DNA of 63,855 nucleotides, filler included, from Olpidium bornovanus S191 (GCA_017911155.1; 26 parts of 26 records of this genome joined end to end with filler, not necessarily neighbours in it), one strand, 5' to 3'. Numbered from the whole stretch's first letter, positions 25,303 through 36,783 are shown. The notes: generated by a model not told the origin, from the letters alone. Translations and numbers: made by a program.

Positions 25303-26826
25303 CATGATGGCTTCATACTTCCTCCTGTTAAACCGATCCTGGGCTTCGCGGGCGTGCTGTCCTTCGTACTGCTCGTTCTCTTCTTCTTGGTTCTTCCGTA
25401 CGCGGTCAACGACGTCCTCGTCGTACTGCCGTTTACGGAAGGCAATGCCGAGGCCAGATAGCAGGGCGCGAGTGCGAGTGGGGCACTTGGCGGTGGTGTG
25501 GAACTCAATCGCGATGGCGCACTGGTGGGACAAGTTGCCTAATATGGGCTCCAGATCGGGGAAGCCCTGCGCCTCGGCTGCAGCAATGATCATCTTAAGT
25601 GAAGACCCTTCACCGGCTTGGGAGGGGACCCCGCGGTAGTCTTTGATGCGCGGGAGCACGATCAGCAGGCGCTCAACGAAGGACCAGGCTTCGTCCCCCT
25701 CGAGGAATGCATGGCAGCCGATCGGCATGCCCACGCGCATGCTGATTTCGTGGTCGTCGCTGTCCGCGTACGAAAGGGTTGGGTGGACGCCCGCGACGGC
25801 CTGGACGACGGAGTACGCGTTGCAGAGATAAAACTTGTTCTGGCACCCGGCGGCCAAAACGGCGCTGACCGTCACCCCGACGAGCTGGGGGATGCCGAGG
25901 TCGTAGTAGTCCGGGTCCGGCCGGTAGCGCAGCCACAGGCTGGCCTCGCGGGCAGCAGCCTCAGCTTCGGCCCGAGCCTTTCGCGACTCGGGCGTCTTGG
26001 AGTCGTACTCCGGGTCCCAGAGTAGCGGGTCCGCGTCTTCGGGGCCCAGTTCGACAGGCGGGGGGGCGGTCCTGTCCAAAGCGGCGGCCTCCTCGACGCG
26101 CCGTCGGTCAGCGCGTTGCCGCGCTGTTTTAGTCGCGTGCTCGTGGTCGTAGTTGAGAAGCATCAGGTCGTGTGCCACGGTGTCATGGTAGTGCTCGCGC
26201 AGCCGGCTGAACTGGGCTGGCGGCTGCGGAAACTGGAACGGCACGCCCGAGTCGCGGGGCGACCAGATTTCGTCCTTGGACGGCCGCGGCAGCACGAAGT
26301 TGCCTGGCATCCAGCCTACGTGCGACTTCGGCGGGCCCGCCGAGGACCTCATGCCCCGGCGGGCGCTAAGCCGCGCTACCGCCGGCAGCAGGAGCGGCGC
26401 TCCGAGAAAACGCCGCCGGTCTGCTGGCCGGTCGTCCGCGAAGCCGCCTCCGGAGGTCCACGCGGCCATAGCGTGCGCTCGTCGGCAGGTGGCCCGGCCC
26501 GGCACTGCCGGGGCAACCGCCGCCGCCGCCGAGAACCCCAGCGGCGTCAACCGGCCGAGCGTGGAGCAGGCGTTCAGCGACGCGCGGGCGGCGCGGACGG
26601 CAACGCGGGCGGAGGCGGGCGGGCACACGGCGCACGCCCCGGGGCGCGCCGCCAGCATGCTTTCGTCAGTTCCGGGCCGTTTTTTTTTTGTGTGTGTGTG
26701 TGTGTGTGTGTGGGGGGCTTTGGCGTGCGGCTGACTCGCCCGGTAGCGTTCGCGCGCGGCGGGCGGGCACGAACTGCTCCCGGGAGCTCACCTGCGCAGC
26801 ACCCGTAAAGGAAGACCTCTTCGCAT
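25303..26826 (-). CDS. MRPL7: Mitochondrial ribosomal protein uL5m (MrpL7), 3'-truncated
   Basis: Exon 1 (26826-26792) MRRGLPLRVLR splices in frame through a GTGAG...CTGACGAAAG intron to SMLAARP... Motifs YHDTVAHDLMLLNY, IPQLVGVTV, MRVGMPIGC, VLPRIKDYRGV and GFPDLE. Confidence 0.9.
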
Positions 26827-27777
26827 GCATCTATGTAGATGACCTTCTCCTGGTCGGGAAACAAGTGATAATCTATGAGGAACGAAGTGCTCTGTCTAAA
26901 CGTTTCAGCATGTCAGACGTAGGGCCAGTAGCCTATATCCTCGGGATCCAAGTCCGAAGGGATAGACACAAGAGGACCCTGAGCCTAAGCCAAACAAGAT
27001 ACATTGAGAACACGATAACACGTTTCGGCATGGAGGATGCGAAACCAGTTGGAAGCCCTCTAAAAGCAAAAGCAGTGGTAAAAGCAGATGGAGAAGGACT
27101 GAAGGATCCAACCAAATTCCGAAGCCTGCTCGGTGCCATGATGTACTTGATGACAGGAATGCGACCATACATTGCGTTCGCTATTGGAACACTGGCATGT
27201 CACATGCAGTCACCAACAGCGTCACACTATGGACTGGCCAAGAGGGTATTACGATACATACATGGCACAAAACATCTAGAACTGGTGTTTGGGGCCAGCC
27301 AAGAAATGAAGCCAGTAATATACACAGATGTCGACTGGGGATCTGACACGCACACGAAGATCAGTAACTGGGTACACCATGAAGTTGGCTGGAGGAGCAG
27401 TAAGCTGGAACTCAAGAAGACAGAAGACTGTGGCGCTTTCGACGATGGAAGCGGAATATATGGCAGCCTCGGAGACAACCAAGGAAGCCACGTGGGCAGC
27501 AAATTTCATGCGGGAACTTGGATTCCCACAAGAAAGTCCTATCACCATCTTCTGTGATAATCAGTCCGCGATAGTCTTCGGCAAGAATCCGATTCAGCAC
27601 TCTCGAACAAAGCACATCGACATTAGGTACCACTTTGTTCAAAAGGCAATAGAGGATGGGAAGGCAACATTGGAATATGTGGAAACCGGGGAGAACACGG
27701 CGGACATCCTGACCAAGGCACTACCAAAGCCAAAGCATATGCAGCATGTGGAAGGCCTAGGGTTGAATGAGGGAGGT
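26824..27777 (+). mobile_element. Ty1/copia RT C-terminal half plus RNase H, one frameshift, 5'-truncated at CATG
   Basis: IYVDDLLL, FSMSDVGPVAYILGIQV, LSQTRYI, YTDVDWGSD; frameshift near 27350; then RRSVTGY, VSWNSRRQKTVALSTMEAEYMA, CDNQSAI, RTKHIDIRYHFV and ADILTKAL. Purine tract GAGGGAGG follows. Confidence 0.97.
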
Positions 27778-28411
27778 AGCCGCCGGAATCCAGAATTCCA
27801 AGAATTCTCCGAAGTTCCGGGAAGCCACACACAGGGGGCAACCGCGGGTTTTAGGGGGAGTTCTCCCCGAGGGGAAACACACGGACAAATTAAATCCGCG
27901 AGCCATGCGGGCGACAAGCGCACTCACACGTACAACACTGGAATTCAAGATTCCACGGGGTTCTATAAAGAACACGCCGCGGCGTGAACAGCGCCAACGA
28001 CGCCCAAGAAAGACACGAAGCTCACCACGCACAAGGCCCTAATGGTGCGCATCGTGGAATTAGAAGAAGCTTGGGAGTACGACGCATTAAGGGGGATTCT
28101 CGGAGAATCCGCCCCTGACCTCGGAAATCAGGATGCCACCCTAAGCGATTCAATTACCGAAAACTCAACGTCAATCGCTGCAAGAAGCTACCAACTGGTA
28201 GTTCGCCAACAGAAGGCTGCAAGTTGCAAATCAAAGCCTTTCACCAAGGAAAGGACAAGCAAAAGCAAAAGTAGCAAGGCGAAAAACGCGGCAGCAAGCA
28301 GTCCGAACATGNNNNNNNNNNNNNNNNNNNNNNNNNNNNNNNNNNNNNNNNNNNNTTAATTAATTAANNNNNNNNNNNNNNNNNNNNNNNNNNNNNNNNN
28401 NNNNNNNNNNN

Positions 28412-30165
28412 CCATGTTCCCGGTAGTACCCCACGGCGTGTTCGAAAAGAGACTTGTGGAGGCTGGATGAGTTATTTGGAAAATCACGAGGGTGTACGTG
28501 TAAAATAAGGGAAAAGTTTTCCGGTTCGCGGGCTTAGGCGGCGGCAACGATTTCCGGCACGCGTGGCTGTCCTGCGCAGAAACTGTTTTGCCTTTCCGCG
28601 AGCTTTTCAGCGCAAACACCGGTTTGCGGGCCCGCCGGCTCTTCGGTGCGGGAGGGTTTGCCGGTCTGCGGGCTTTCCCAAAACTGTTTCCATTTTTTTT
28701 TTTCCAATTCGGGAAGTCTTTCCAAACCCACTTTGTCACGAACTCCAGCAGGTCCGTGTTGGACTGAGCGAGCAGGAAGAAGGAGTTTTTCGCCTCCAGG
28801 CCGGCGGTCCTCCGCACGTAAGCGACGCGCTCCTCGGTGACGAGCGGGTCGGCCTCCTGGGCGGGCGAGAGGACGAGGACGGCCGCGAACTTGATCTGCC
28901 GGTCTATCAGCTGCCTCTTGTGATCGTTGATCTCGGCCACCAGCGCCTGGTCCCACTGCCGCTCGGCGGCGCCGACGGCGGCGGGGCCGTCCCTTCCCGA
29001 GTCAAGGGGCCCGCGCACGACAGGCGAAGCCGGCTGCGGGGACTGAGGGACGTGCTCGGCGAGCTCGTAGAAGCCGACGTACACGGACGGTATCTGCTCG
29101 CGGTGGCGAGTGACCCACTGCGGGAGCATGAGGCCGTCGGGGTACAGCAGAGACTGCGGGTTCTTAGGGGACAAGCGGGAGTGCAGGTGCACCTGGCCGG
29201 GCTGAGGGTTCCGGGGCTTCCGCGGGGGCAATTGGAACAGCTGGGCCACTCGGTGGTGGAGCGAAAAAGTAAAGAAAAATTGGTGAGATAAGATCAGGTA
29301 ATAACGTCAATGCGCGGCAGATCCATGCGCATAAAAAAAAAGAAGCGAGGGGGGCGGCAGACCCATGCGCAATGAAAAAAAAAACGCGAGGGGGGGGGAG
29401 GGGATTGAATGTCGTCGCCCGAGAGGTTCAGTTCCAAGCGCAACGCGGGGATGGGTGAGGTAAGGCGAGGGAATAAACGCCGTTGCCAGAAAGTTTTACG
29501 CGCATAAAAAAAAGATCGGTGAGGAGAGGTAATAAATGCCCCGTCTTTCGACCGAGACTTTCACGACGCGTGTCGGGCGGGGAGACGCGCGGGGGGACGC
29601 GGGGGGGGGGGGGAGGGAGAAGGAAGAAAAATAAAAACGGAAAGGGGCTCTTGCGTACCTGGTCAAGGACGACCACCTTGAAGATCATGGGGCTCTCCTT
29701 CGGCAGGTCGGTCATCCTTGCGGCGCGCACGGTCAGCAGGTGCAGCAGGGTCTGGTAGAACGAGACCCTCGCGCCGTGGGCAGGGAGCGACGGGGCGCTG
29801 CGGTGGGTGGCAAGCGGCGGGCCGGCGTCGGGGCCGTGCAGCACGGCCTGGGCGGGCTGCTGGGGCAGCTGCACGGCGGCGGTGGCGGCTGCGGCCGGGA
29901 GCTGGCGGTGGTCGGGAGGAGCGTCGGCAAGGGCGGCGGCGGCGGGCGGCGGCGGGGCTTCGGCGGGAACGGGGGCGGGGGCGGTGGCGACGGGACCGGA
30001 GAGTTCGGGCGGAGCGGCGGGGTCTGAGCGCAGCAGGCGCAGCAGGGGGGCCGAGCCGCCGACCGCCATGAGCGGGTAGTTGTGGACGAGGTACTCGTCG
30101 GGGTAGGGGTCCACGTGGGCGTGGGTGCCGGCGGCGCTGGAGCGGTGGGGCGGGTTCAGCGCCAT
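28412..30165 (-). CDS. TRAPPC11: TRAPP complex subunit 11 (foie gras domain), N-terminal part, multi-exon
   Basis: DPYPDEYLVHNYPLMAVGG, HSRLSP...LYPDGLMLPQWVTRHREQIPSV, EERVAYVRRTAGLEAKNSFFLL and final exon LHKSLFEHAVGYYREH. Confidence 0.85.
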
Positions 30166-30203
30166 GACGGCTGGGTGTCTCTCTCTGCTCTCTCTGCTCT
30201 CTC

Positions 30204-30249
<46 letters not shown>

Positions 30250-30569
30250 CCTTCCTCCCTCCCTCCTCCCCCGCGACCTCTTCTTCCCCGTCCGACCAGA
30301 TGGGAAAAAAGCGCGGGGAAGGGCGGAGAGGAGGAGAAAAGGAAGAGAAGTGAATTGGAATCAAACCAATTGTATAATATTATGAATTAAACTATTGTAA
30401 TATTATTACACACTATAAATAGATCGATTAAAATAGGTAATATTTAATAGATGGTTAATTAGATTTAAANNNNNNNNNNNNNNNNNNNNNNNNNNNNNNN
30501 NNNNNNNNNNNNNTTAATTAATTAANNNNNNNNNNNNNNNNNNNNNNNNNNNNNNNNNNNNNNNNNNNN

Positions 30570-31241
30570 CATGGAAACTTGGCCGATCGGCATCCTCATT
30601 GCCGTGATCTCTCAACTTTCTTGTGCGAGCTGAAATTGATCATACCCTGAAAAAAGATCTCCCACCGAGTAAATGCTTCGACCGGCAAAGTTTTCAGAAA
30701 AAGCATCCGGCGGGGGTCCGATTGCACAGCTTTGAATGGTAACTAGATTCACCGGTTGAAGGTCTTGAATAAATCGTAATGATCCGTTCTTCTTCGGCAC
30801 TGTAAAACAGCGATTCGAATAAGCAGAGGATACAGAACATAACACACCCGTTTTTATTCGCTGTTGAAGCGAATCGATCTGAGACTGATAATGGGCCTTT
30901 GGTACCGGAATCGGTTGTAGGTTCCAAGGTTCATGAGGCACCGCAAAGATTATTAAAGGCGTAACCACAGAAGGATCGACACATCCCATTTCAGACTCAG
31001 TAAAAGAGAAAGCCCGGCCTCTTGCCGCGAGACAGTTACGGAAAAAGTCCTCCTCGATCGGCGCCAGTAGTCCATCTTTATTCACGTTCAATCGTGCTTT
31101 AGTCTCATCTGAAAATATATGGCCGATACCCGAAAGCGGCCGAAAGCGCAGTTCCTGTCGAGCTCGTCGCATTCTTTTGGTTGCATTATCTGGAAGCATC
31201 GACGGAACTGGACGCACTTTCCTATTGACGCTTTTATACAT
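30570..31241 (-). mobile_element. Ty3/gypsy-type reverse transcriptase N-terminal part
   Basis: YKSVNRKVRPVP, FSFTESEMG, VPHEPW, YSNRCFTVPKKNGSLRFIQDLQPVN and IYSVGDLFSGYDQ. Confidence 0.92.
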
Positions 31242-31419
31242 TGTGGCAACGGATGTCTCGTACGGCTTATTGTGGATCGATTTGGGCTTTTGATTTTGAT
31301 ACAGAACTTTTGGCGAACCTTTGGCGAAGAGAGGTGACGAGAATACTGAATCACTTCATCGAACCCTTGAGGTAAAGTGGGCATCGGGGGTTAACAATCT
31401 CCAGGCATAAGCCCTGCAC

Positions 31420-31552
31420 TGTTAGTGATTGGTCGGAACCCCGGCATGTTACAGCTGTAGTTCCTTCCTACCGCTCCCGCGCACACAGAATAGAAACCCC
31501 TTCTTTTTTTGCTCCTCCCGCAACTCCGAAATAAACAACAGGTTATGAGCCC
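31420..31552 (+). mobile_element. Ty1/copia 5' LTR (31420-31540, 121 bp) plus half-tRNA-iMet PBS (31541-31552)
   Basis: TGTT...AACA termini, internal AATAAA at about 31529, and GGTTATGAGCCC directly abutting the LTR. Confidence 0.85.
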
Positions 31553-31754
31553 AACGGGACTGCCCTGACCTGCCCCGGCCACGAACGAAGAGGCGCCTTG
31601 CCGTCTGTCGGCAACGAAAAGCCCGCGCCACAGGGGAGGGGCCCGCAGAGGAGGAGCCGGGCGCCATCCGTTGGCGCCGCCGCTGAGGACCGAGTCGAAC
31701 CGCGTGCCGTCCGTCGGCGCAGCAGGAGAGGAGCCAAGTCGGTGCCCCACCGCT

Positions 31755-31925
31755 GCCGGAAAAGGAGCGCCCGCGCCATCCGCGCCGCAGACGAGGAACG
31801 CCTGCGCCGTTCGTCGGCGCCGAGCCGCGCGTCATTCGCCGGAAAAGGAGCGCCCAGGCCATCCGCGCCGCAGAAAAGGAACGCCCGCGCCGTTCGTCGG
31901 CGCCGAGCCGCGCGCCATCCGCAGA
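31755..31925 (+). repeat. About 83-bp GC-rich direct repeat (x2) in the copia leader
   Basis: GCCGGAAAAGGAGCGCCC...GTTCGTCGGCGCCGAGCCGCGCG starts at 31755 and again at 31838. Confidence 0.85.
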
Positions 31926-32236
31926 GAAGGAGCGCGGGAAAAGGGCTCCGCCATCCGTTTGCGCCTCCGAGGAGAGGGACGCCGCTATGCAAAAAGAAGG
32001 AAGGAGCACGCCGCCATCAGTTGGCGACGCCATCGCGTCGAGAGGAGCCGAGTAGCACGTCATCTGTTGGCGCCTGGAAGGAACGGAGCACAAGACAAGG
32101 ATTTAGCCAAGTCTGCATTGTCCTCGCTTACCTTTGTGAAGGGAGCGAGGCTGCCAGCAAGTGCTGTCCGCCTGTTGCTTCTTTACAGCCAGTTGCGCTT
32201 GGAGTATTCACTTGCTCTTTCTTTCTCCCGCGCACC

Positions 32237-32443
32237 ATGGAGGACCCCACTTCAGCTCACCAGGGCGCACGTCTGACCATTGCACCGCTCGACGAGACCA
32301 ACTGGGCATTATGGAGAGCAAACATGCGGGCTGTCCTACTGCGAAAAAGGCTGTGGTTCGTGACAAACGGAGACGAGCCTCGCCCGGCAGGTGGCAACGC
32401 CACGGTACTCAGGGAATGGGCCAGGTCTGACGGGGAGGCCTAC
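32237..32443 (+). mobile_element. Ty1/copia gag N-terminus
   Basis: MEDPT...LTIAPLDETNWALWRANMRAVLLRKRLWFVTNGDEPRP matches the copia gag pattern LxxxNYxxWxxxMxxxLxxxxLWxxVxG. Confidence 0.9.
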
Positions 32444-32543
32444 NNNNNNNNNNNNNNNNNNNNNNNNNNNNNNNNNNNNNNNNNNNNTTAATTAATTAAN
32501 NNNNNNNNNNNNNNNNNNNNNNNNNNNNNNNNNNNNNNNNNNN

Positions 32544-33778
32544 TCATGAAATTTAAAAAGAAGCCTAGGCATCCGTCGACTGGACCTCAAGAACTGCCCT
32601 TCTTTATTATGGATCCGAATCGTCCAGAAATCATCTCGGCGAGGTTGGTCCGTTTCGCGTGCCGCGAGCCTAACCTTCCTTTCGAACGGTAAGGCTGAAT
32701 GCAATGATTATAAATATTTCAGGGATTTCTACGGCTTAAGCCCCAAGTTTCCCTGCGGCCAGTTTGTGACGCGGACGCTGGAAGAGCCGAGAGTCATCTC
32801 ATTCATTTCCTCTGGCGTAAAGGCCGTTTTGCGCGCAAATTCCGCCGAGCGGCTAAAGGTATGACGTCCGGGAAAAAAAAAATCGCGGGCAAAAAAGCTG
32901 CTGGTGCCTTTTTGCTTCCGGGGGGCCATCTTGCTGCCCGTTTAACGTCGCACCCACAACGCGCGACTTGGAGCAGACTGTCGTCGCGGGCGTGAAGGTG
33001 TTCGTCCGCCAGTCCAACAGCTCATTAGCCAAGGCCGCGGCGGCGCAGGCAGAAAACGAGAATTCTATTTGCCCGCTGCGGATTTCCAGCGACGGCGTCT
33101 CTCTCTTGTTGCCGTTCCTGTCGCAGAAGCGGCGAATCGACGTCAGCGCGGACGACCTGGTCATCATGCTGAAGAATGAATATCCGCTCGTGCGCTCGCT
33201 GAGTGCGGGATTGCAGGAGAAAATTGCCAAAATGGGTGAGGCGTGGGTTCCGCCCACGGAGCTTCCGGGATATTCCGAACCACTGCGGGAGTTTTCGTTT
33301 GGAGCTGATGCCGCCCTTTTCGCACGCCGCCAAAAGGTCGCGGCTGCGTAATCGCCGAGTTTGACCCTCAAGACACCACGGCCCAGACCAGGTTGGTAAC
33401 GCGCACACTGTCCGCATTTTGTCGGTTTCGGTTCTTTTTCCAACCGTGTCGAGTGGTGTGTGGCTCAAGCGCGCCTGACGAATCGTGTTTTGCCGCCGTC
33501 AGGATGCATGCACCAGTTGCGTTCCCCGTCTGGAGCTCCGCCGCGTCCCTCAGCATGTTGCTGAGCAAGGAGGAGAAGAGGTGGGCGGCCATGCCAAACG
33601 GTTATCGTTCACCCACGCAGCCCTCAGGTTCCTGGCAATTGGACTTACCGACTTCCACCGCGCCACGCGTCGTCGCAGTTCCTTATGTCACAGGGTCATC
33701 GGCGCCGAACCAGAAAAGGATCAAGACGCGGCGGATGCGGCGGATGTTGCTCCCCAAACCACCGAAGTCGCGTGCTGA
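32544..33778 (+). CDS. TRM4: tRNA (cytosine-5)-methyltransferase Trm4/Ncl1 (NSUN2), C-terminal exons
   Basis: ELPFFIMDP, YGLSPKFPCGQFVTR...ISFISSGVKAVLRAN, VVAGVKVFVRQ, CPLRISSDGVSLLLPFL, LVIMLKNEYP and FPVWSSAASLSMLLSKEEK are collinear with the recalled Trm4 C-terminus. Confidence 0.8.
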
Positions 33779-35501
33779 CCTTGAATGACGCCGTAGAAAG
33801 CCGCATTTTTAGAAAAAGACACCCAACGTAGAAGTCCCGGCCGCTTTTTTGGCAGTTTTGGGCCATTGCCCACGTTTGCGTGCCCGTTGCCTTTCGTCTG
33901 TTGTGTTTGCATTATCTGACTTTTGCGCCGCTTGGACAACGCGGCCGGCACGATTTTTTTTTTTTGAATCTGCCCGGAGTCGGACGAGCGCACGGCGATT
34001 CCGCAACGGTGGGCGTACCGGGATCGGCCGAAGGAACGTGATTCAAGGGCACGAGGGCCGAGTCCCGGCCGGCCGTTTTCCTTCCTTCCTCCCTTTGGCA
34101 ACCAGGCGAGGCACGCGGAACGAAAAAAGCTCCCTTCCCCCGAAAACCCTCCGCCTGCCCTATGAAATAGTGCGCCGCCCCGTCAAAAAAAACAGAAACA
34201 ACCAAATTTTCCCTTGTGACCGCCGCAGGAGGCAGGAGGGGCTGCGCATCAAGCCGCGACAAAAGCCGCCTCGCGAGCCAGGCAGGGGGGGGGGGTTCAC
34301 GGGACTCCTTCGCCCGGCCCGTTCCGTCTCCAACCGGCACACGGCCGGGGCGTATGGCGCGCCTCCGGTTGCGTCTAGTCACGTGGACAAGACCCAGTAT
34401 CGGCGAACTGCCACCGTGCTGTATGTGATTTCCGGGGTGTTCCCGAACCATTTTGCCGGTGCCGAGCCCGCCGCGATGCTGAATATCGCGTCCCCGGCAG
34501 GTGACCCCACATACGCGCACCATCTAGGTATGCAACGCGCCCGCGCTTTGGCGCCGGCCCGTTCCGCATTTGCGTGCGACGACGGTGCTCGAGAGCTGGC
34601 GGCGGCGTGTAAAGCACGATGGTCTCACGCATTTTGCCGGGACAGCAAGATCTCAAGGAGCGGCGGAATCCGGCAAAAAAAAAATGATGGCATCGACGAG
34701 TCAATTCCGCACCAAACGCAAACCGGACCGGACACGCTCATGCCCCCAACCCCCCCTTCCCCCGCGTTCCCGGTCGGCGGGGTTCCCCGTCCGCACGGCG
34801 GCTCGTCCAGAGGCAGTTTTGACCGATTTCAAGGATGTCAGACTTCGGCGTTTTTGTCGAGCGCGGGCGCACAACTTCCACCTACTGCCATCCTGAACCA
34901 GGCGCCGCTGTCCAGGCAGCTCGTGAAAAAACGCTGCTCGGCCGATGACGTCGACGTCATCTCCGCAGTGAGCCTCGCGTCCGCAGCCCGGACGCAGGAT
35001 CCGCCTGCGACTCGGCGTGGGGGAGGGCGGGGGGGGGACGACGCAACGTTGACACGAGGGGAGATTGGCCCGCGTGCGCGCCGCCCGCGCTTCCCGCCCG
35101 GACTTCCCGAGGGGGGTCCGCGAAGGGGAGGGGGGGGGGAAGAGGGGGGAGGTCGCGTAAAAGCGCCGGCACTTCGGCCCAGTGGACGCGGCGGCCCGCC
35201 GCCGCCGATTTCCGCCGCAAACCCGTTGCGCCAAAAGAAGAACACCCGCGTGGGGTGGCCGGGAAGGTCTGCCGGACCTTTTGCCGTCGCGACCCGCGAA
35301 AATTTTTCCCGGGTGACCCGGCGGACGGGCAGGTCACGGGGGGGGAGGGCGGGACGAAACCTTCTTTTATCGGCCCGACCGACCCGGCCTCAAGCGACGA
35401 CGAGGGCCCGGCGCGCGCGGGAAGGTGCGGGACGACGCCCCGCCCGGCCAGCGTCAACAAACGGATACGGACGCCCCCCCCCCCCCCCCCCCCCCGCCCT
35501 C

Positions 35502-35539
<38 letters not shown>

Positions 35540-35646
35540 ACAGAGANNNNNNNNNNNNNNNNNNNNNNNNNNNNNNNNNNNNNNNNNNNNTTAATTAATT
35601 AANNNNNNNNNNNNNNNNNNNNNNNNNNNNNNNNNNNNNNNNNNNN

Positions 35647-35839
35647 CCTGGCGATAATCATCTTTGACGCGAATTCCTGTCGCGTCAAAAATGTGTCCAA
35701 GAAACTCGACGGACGATCTTCCGAAGGAGGACTTCGCGAGGTTCACGTAGACTTGATGCTCGCGGAATTTTTGGAAGACCCGTCGTAAGTGTTCTCGGTG
35801 GTCATCTTCATCCTTGGAGTAGATTAGCACGTCATCCAT
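35647..35839 (-). mobile_element. Ty3/gypsy RT fragment (YxDD region), truncated at CATG
   Basis: MDDVLIYSKDEDDHREHLRRVFQKFREHQVYVNLAKSSFGRSSVEFLGHIF. Confidence 0.93.
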
Positions 35840-36783
35840 GGACGCTGAAGTACGACGTGTGCCGCTGGACGGCTCTGAAAACCTCCTCGCTGTTCCTGAC
35901 CGACTTCGCGAGCCGCGACGTGCGTTCCGAAATGAACGTGTCCAGCAGGGCGGTCCGCGCCGAGGGCCCGGCCGCTTCGCTGTACCTGGCCGCCGCCGCG
36001 AAGCTCGGGATGCTGGGCAACTACTTCTCCGGCCGAAAATTCGACGCCGTCGTCGACGATTTCGGCTACGAAGACGGCACCTACCGCATTTCGGCCTTCG
36101 TGGCCAGCTCCCCGGACGACGTGAGGGGGTTTTTTCTCTTTTTTTCTTTCTTTCTTTTATTTTTCCCGGAGAAAAGGAAAAAAAAAATGAGAACTCAGCG
36201 GTTTTGTCTTGCGTGATTGCCGCCCGGCATTTATGCGCGGATTTCTCGTTTTCGCAGCCAGCCGGAAAGGCCCTCCTCGCGATCAGGCCGGCGGAAACCT
36301 CGCCGATGTGTGACACCCCCGCGCCCGTGCTCACCGTCATCCAGGCGTGCCCGCCGACGAAAAGCATTCACGTGCTGCTGCCGGACGACAGCGCGACGCT
36401 GCTGGCCGACGACGGGACGCTGACGGAGCTGCTTCCGGTATCTGGTCTTCGCTCTCTCCTTGGACCTGTTGATGGTTTTTTTTTTTCCTTCCCTCGCTCA
36501 CCCTCCACCCACCCACCCGCCCCGGTCCTCCTCCTCCTTTTCATCCCCGTGCGATCTTTTTTTTCCCGCATACCACAACTCCGGCAAGACGAACTACCGG
36601 CCCCCGTCTTCACGGGGCAGGGCCGTCCCTCTCACGGCGAACATATACAACGCGGACCCGAGCATGCCGCGCTACCGCGACGTGTACAGCGTCAGCAAGG
36701 CGACAGGCTCGTACAAGCAGTGCGCCGGAAAGGCCGACCGCGCGTCCTGCGGGTGCACAGACGAGCAGCGGCTTTCGCCGTTC
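35836..36783 (+). CDS. CATSPERB: CatSper channel auxiliary subunit beta-like, internal fragment (3 exons)
   Basis: Exons 35836-36120, 36258-36437 and 36589-36783 splice in frame. They encode QACPPTK and ELLP|TNYRPPSSRGRAVPLTANIYNADPSMPR...SKATGSYKQCAGKADRASCGCTDEQRLS, matching recalled mammalian CATSPERB (LPxNYRPPS..GIAIPLTDNFYHADPSKP...SKKTGKFKQCAN...CNCTKDQKFS). Confidence 0.85.

Noticed and set aside
30360-30469. AT-rich island as foreign DNA or a transposon end
   Set aside because: Only about 110 bp at a contig end upstream of TRAPPC11, with no TIR partner or coding signal.
33849-35546. 581-aa ORF and overlapping long ORFs
   Set aside because: GC-rich, stop-poor sequence giving R/P/G/A-rich translations in several frames, with no motif or codon bias.
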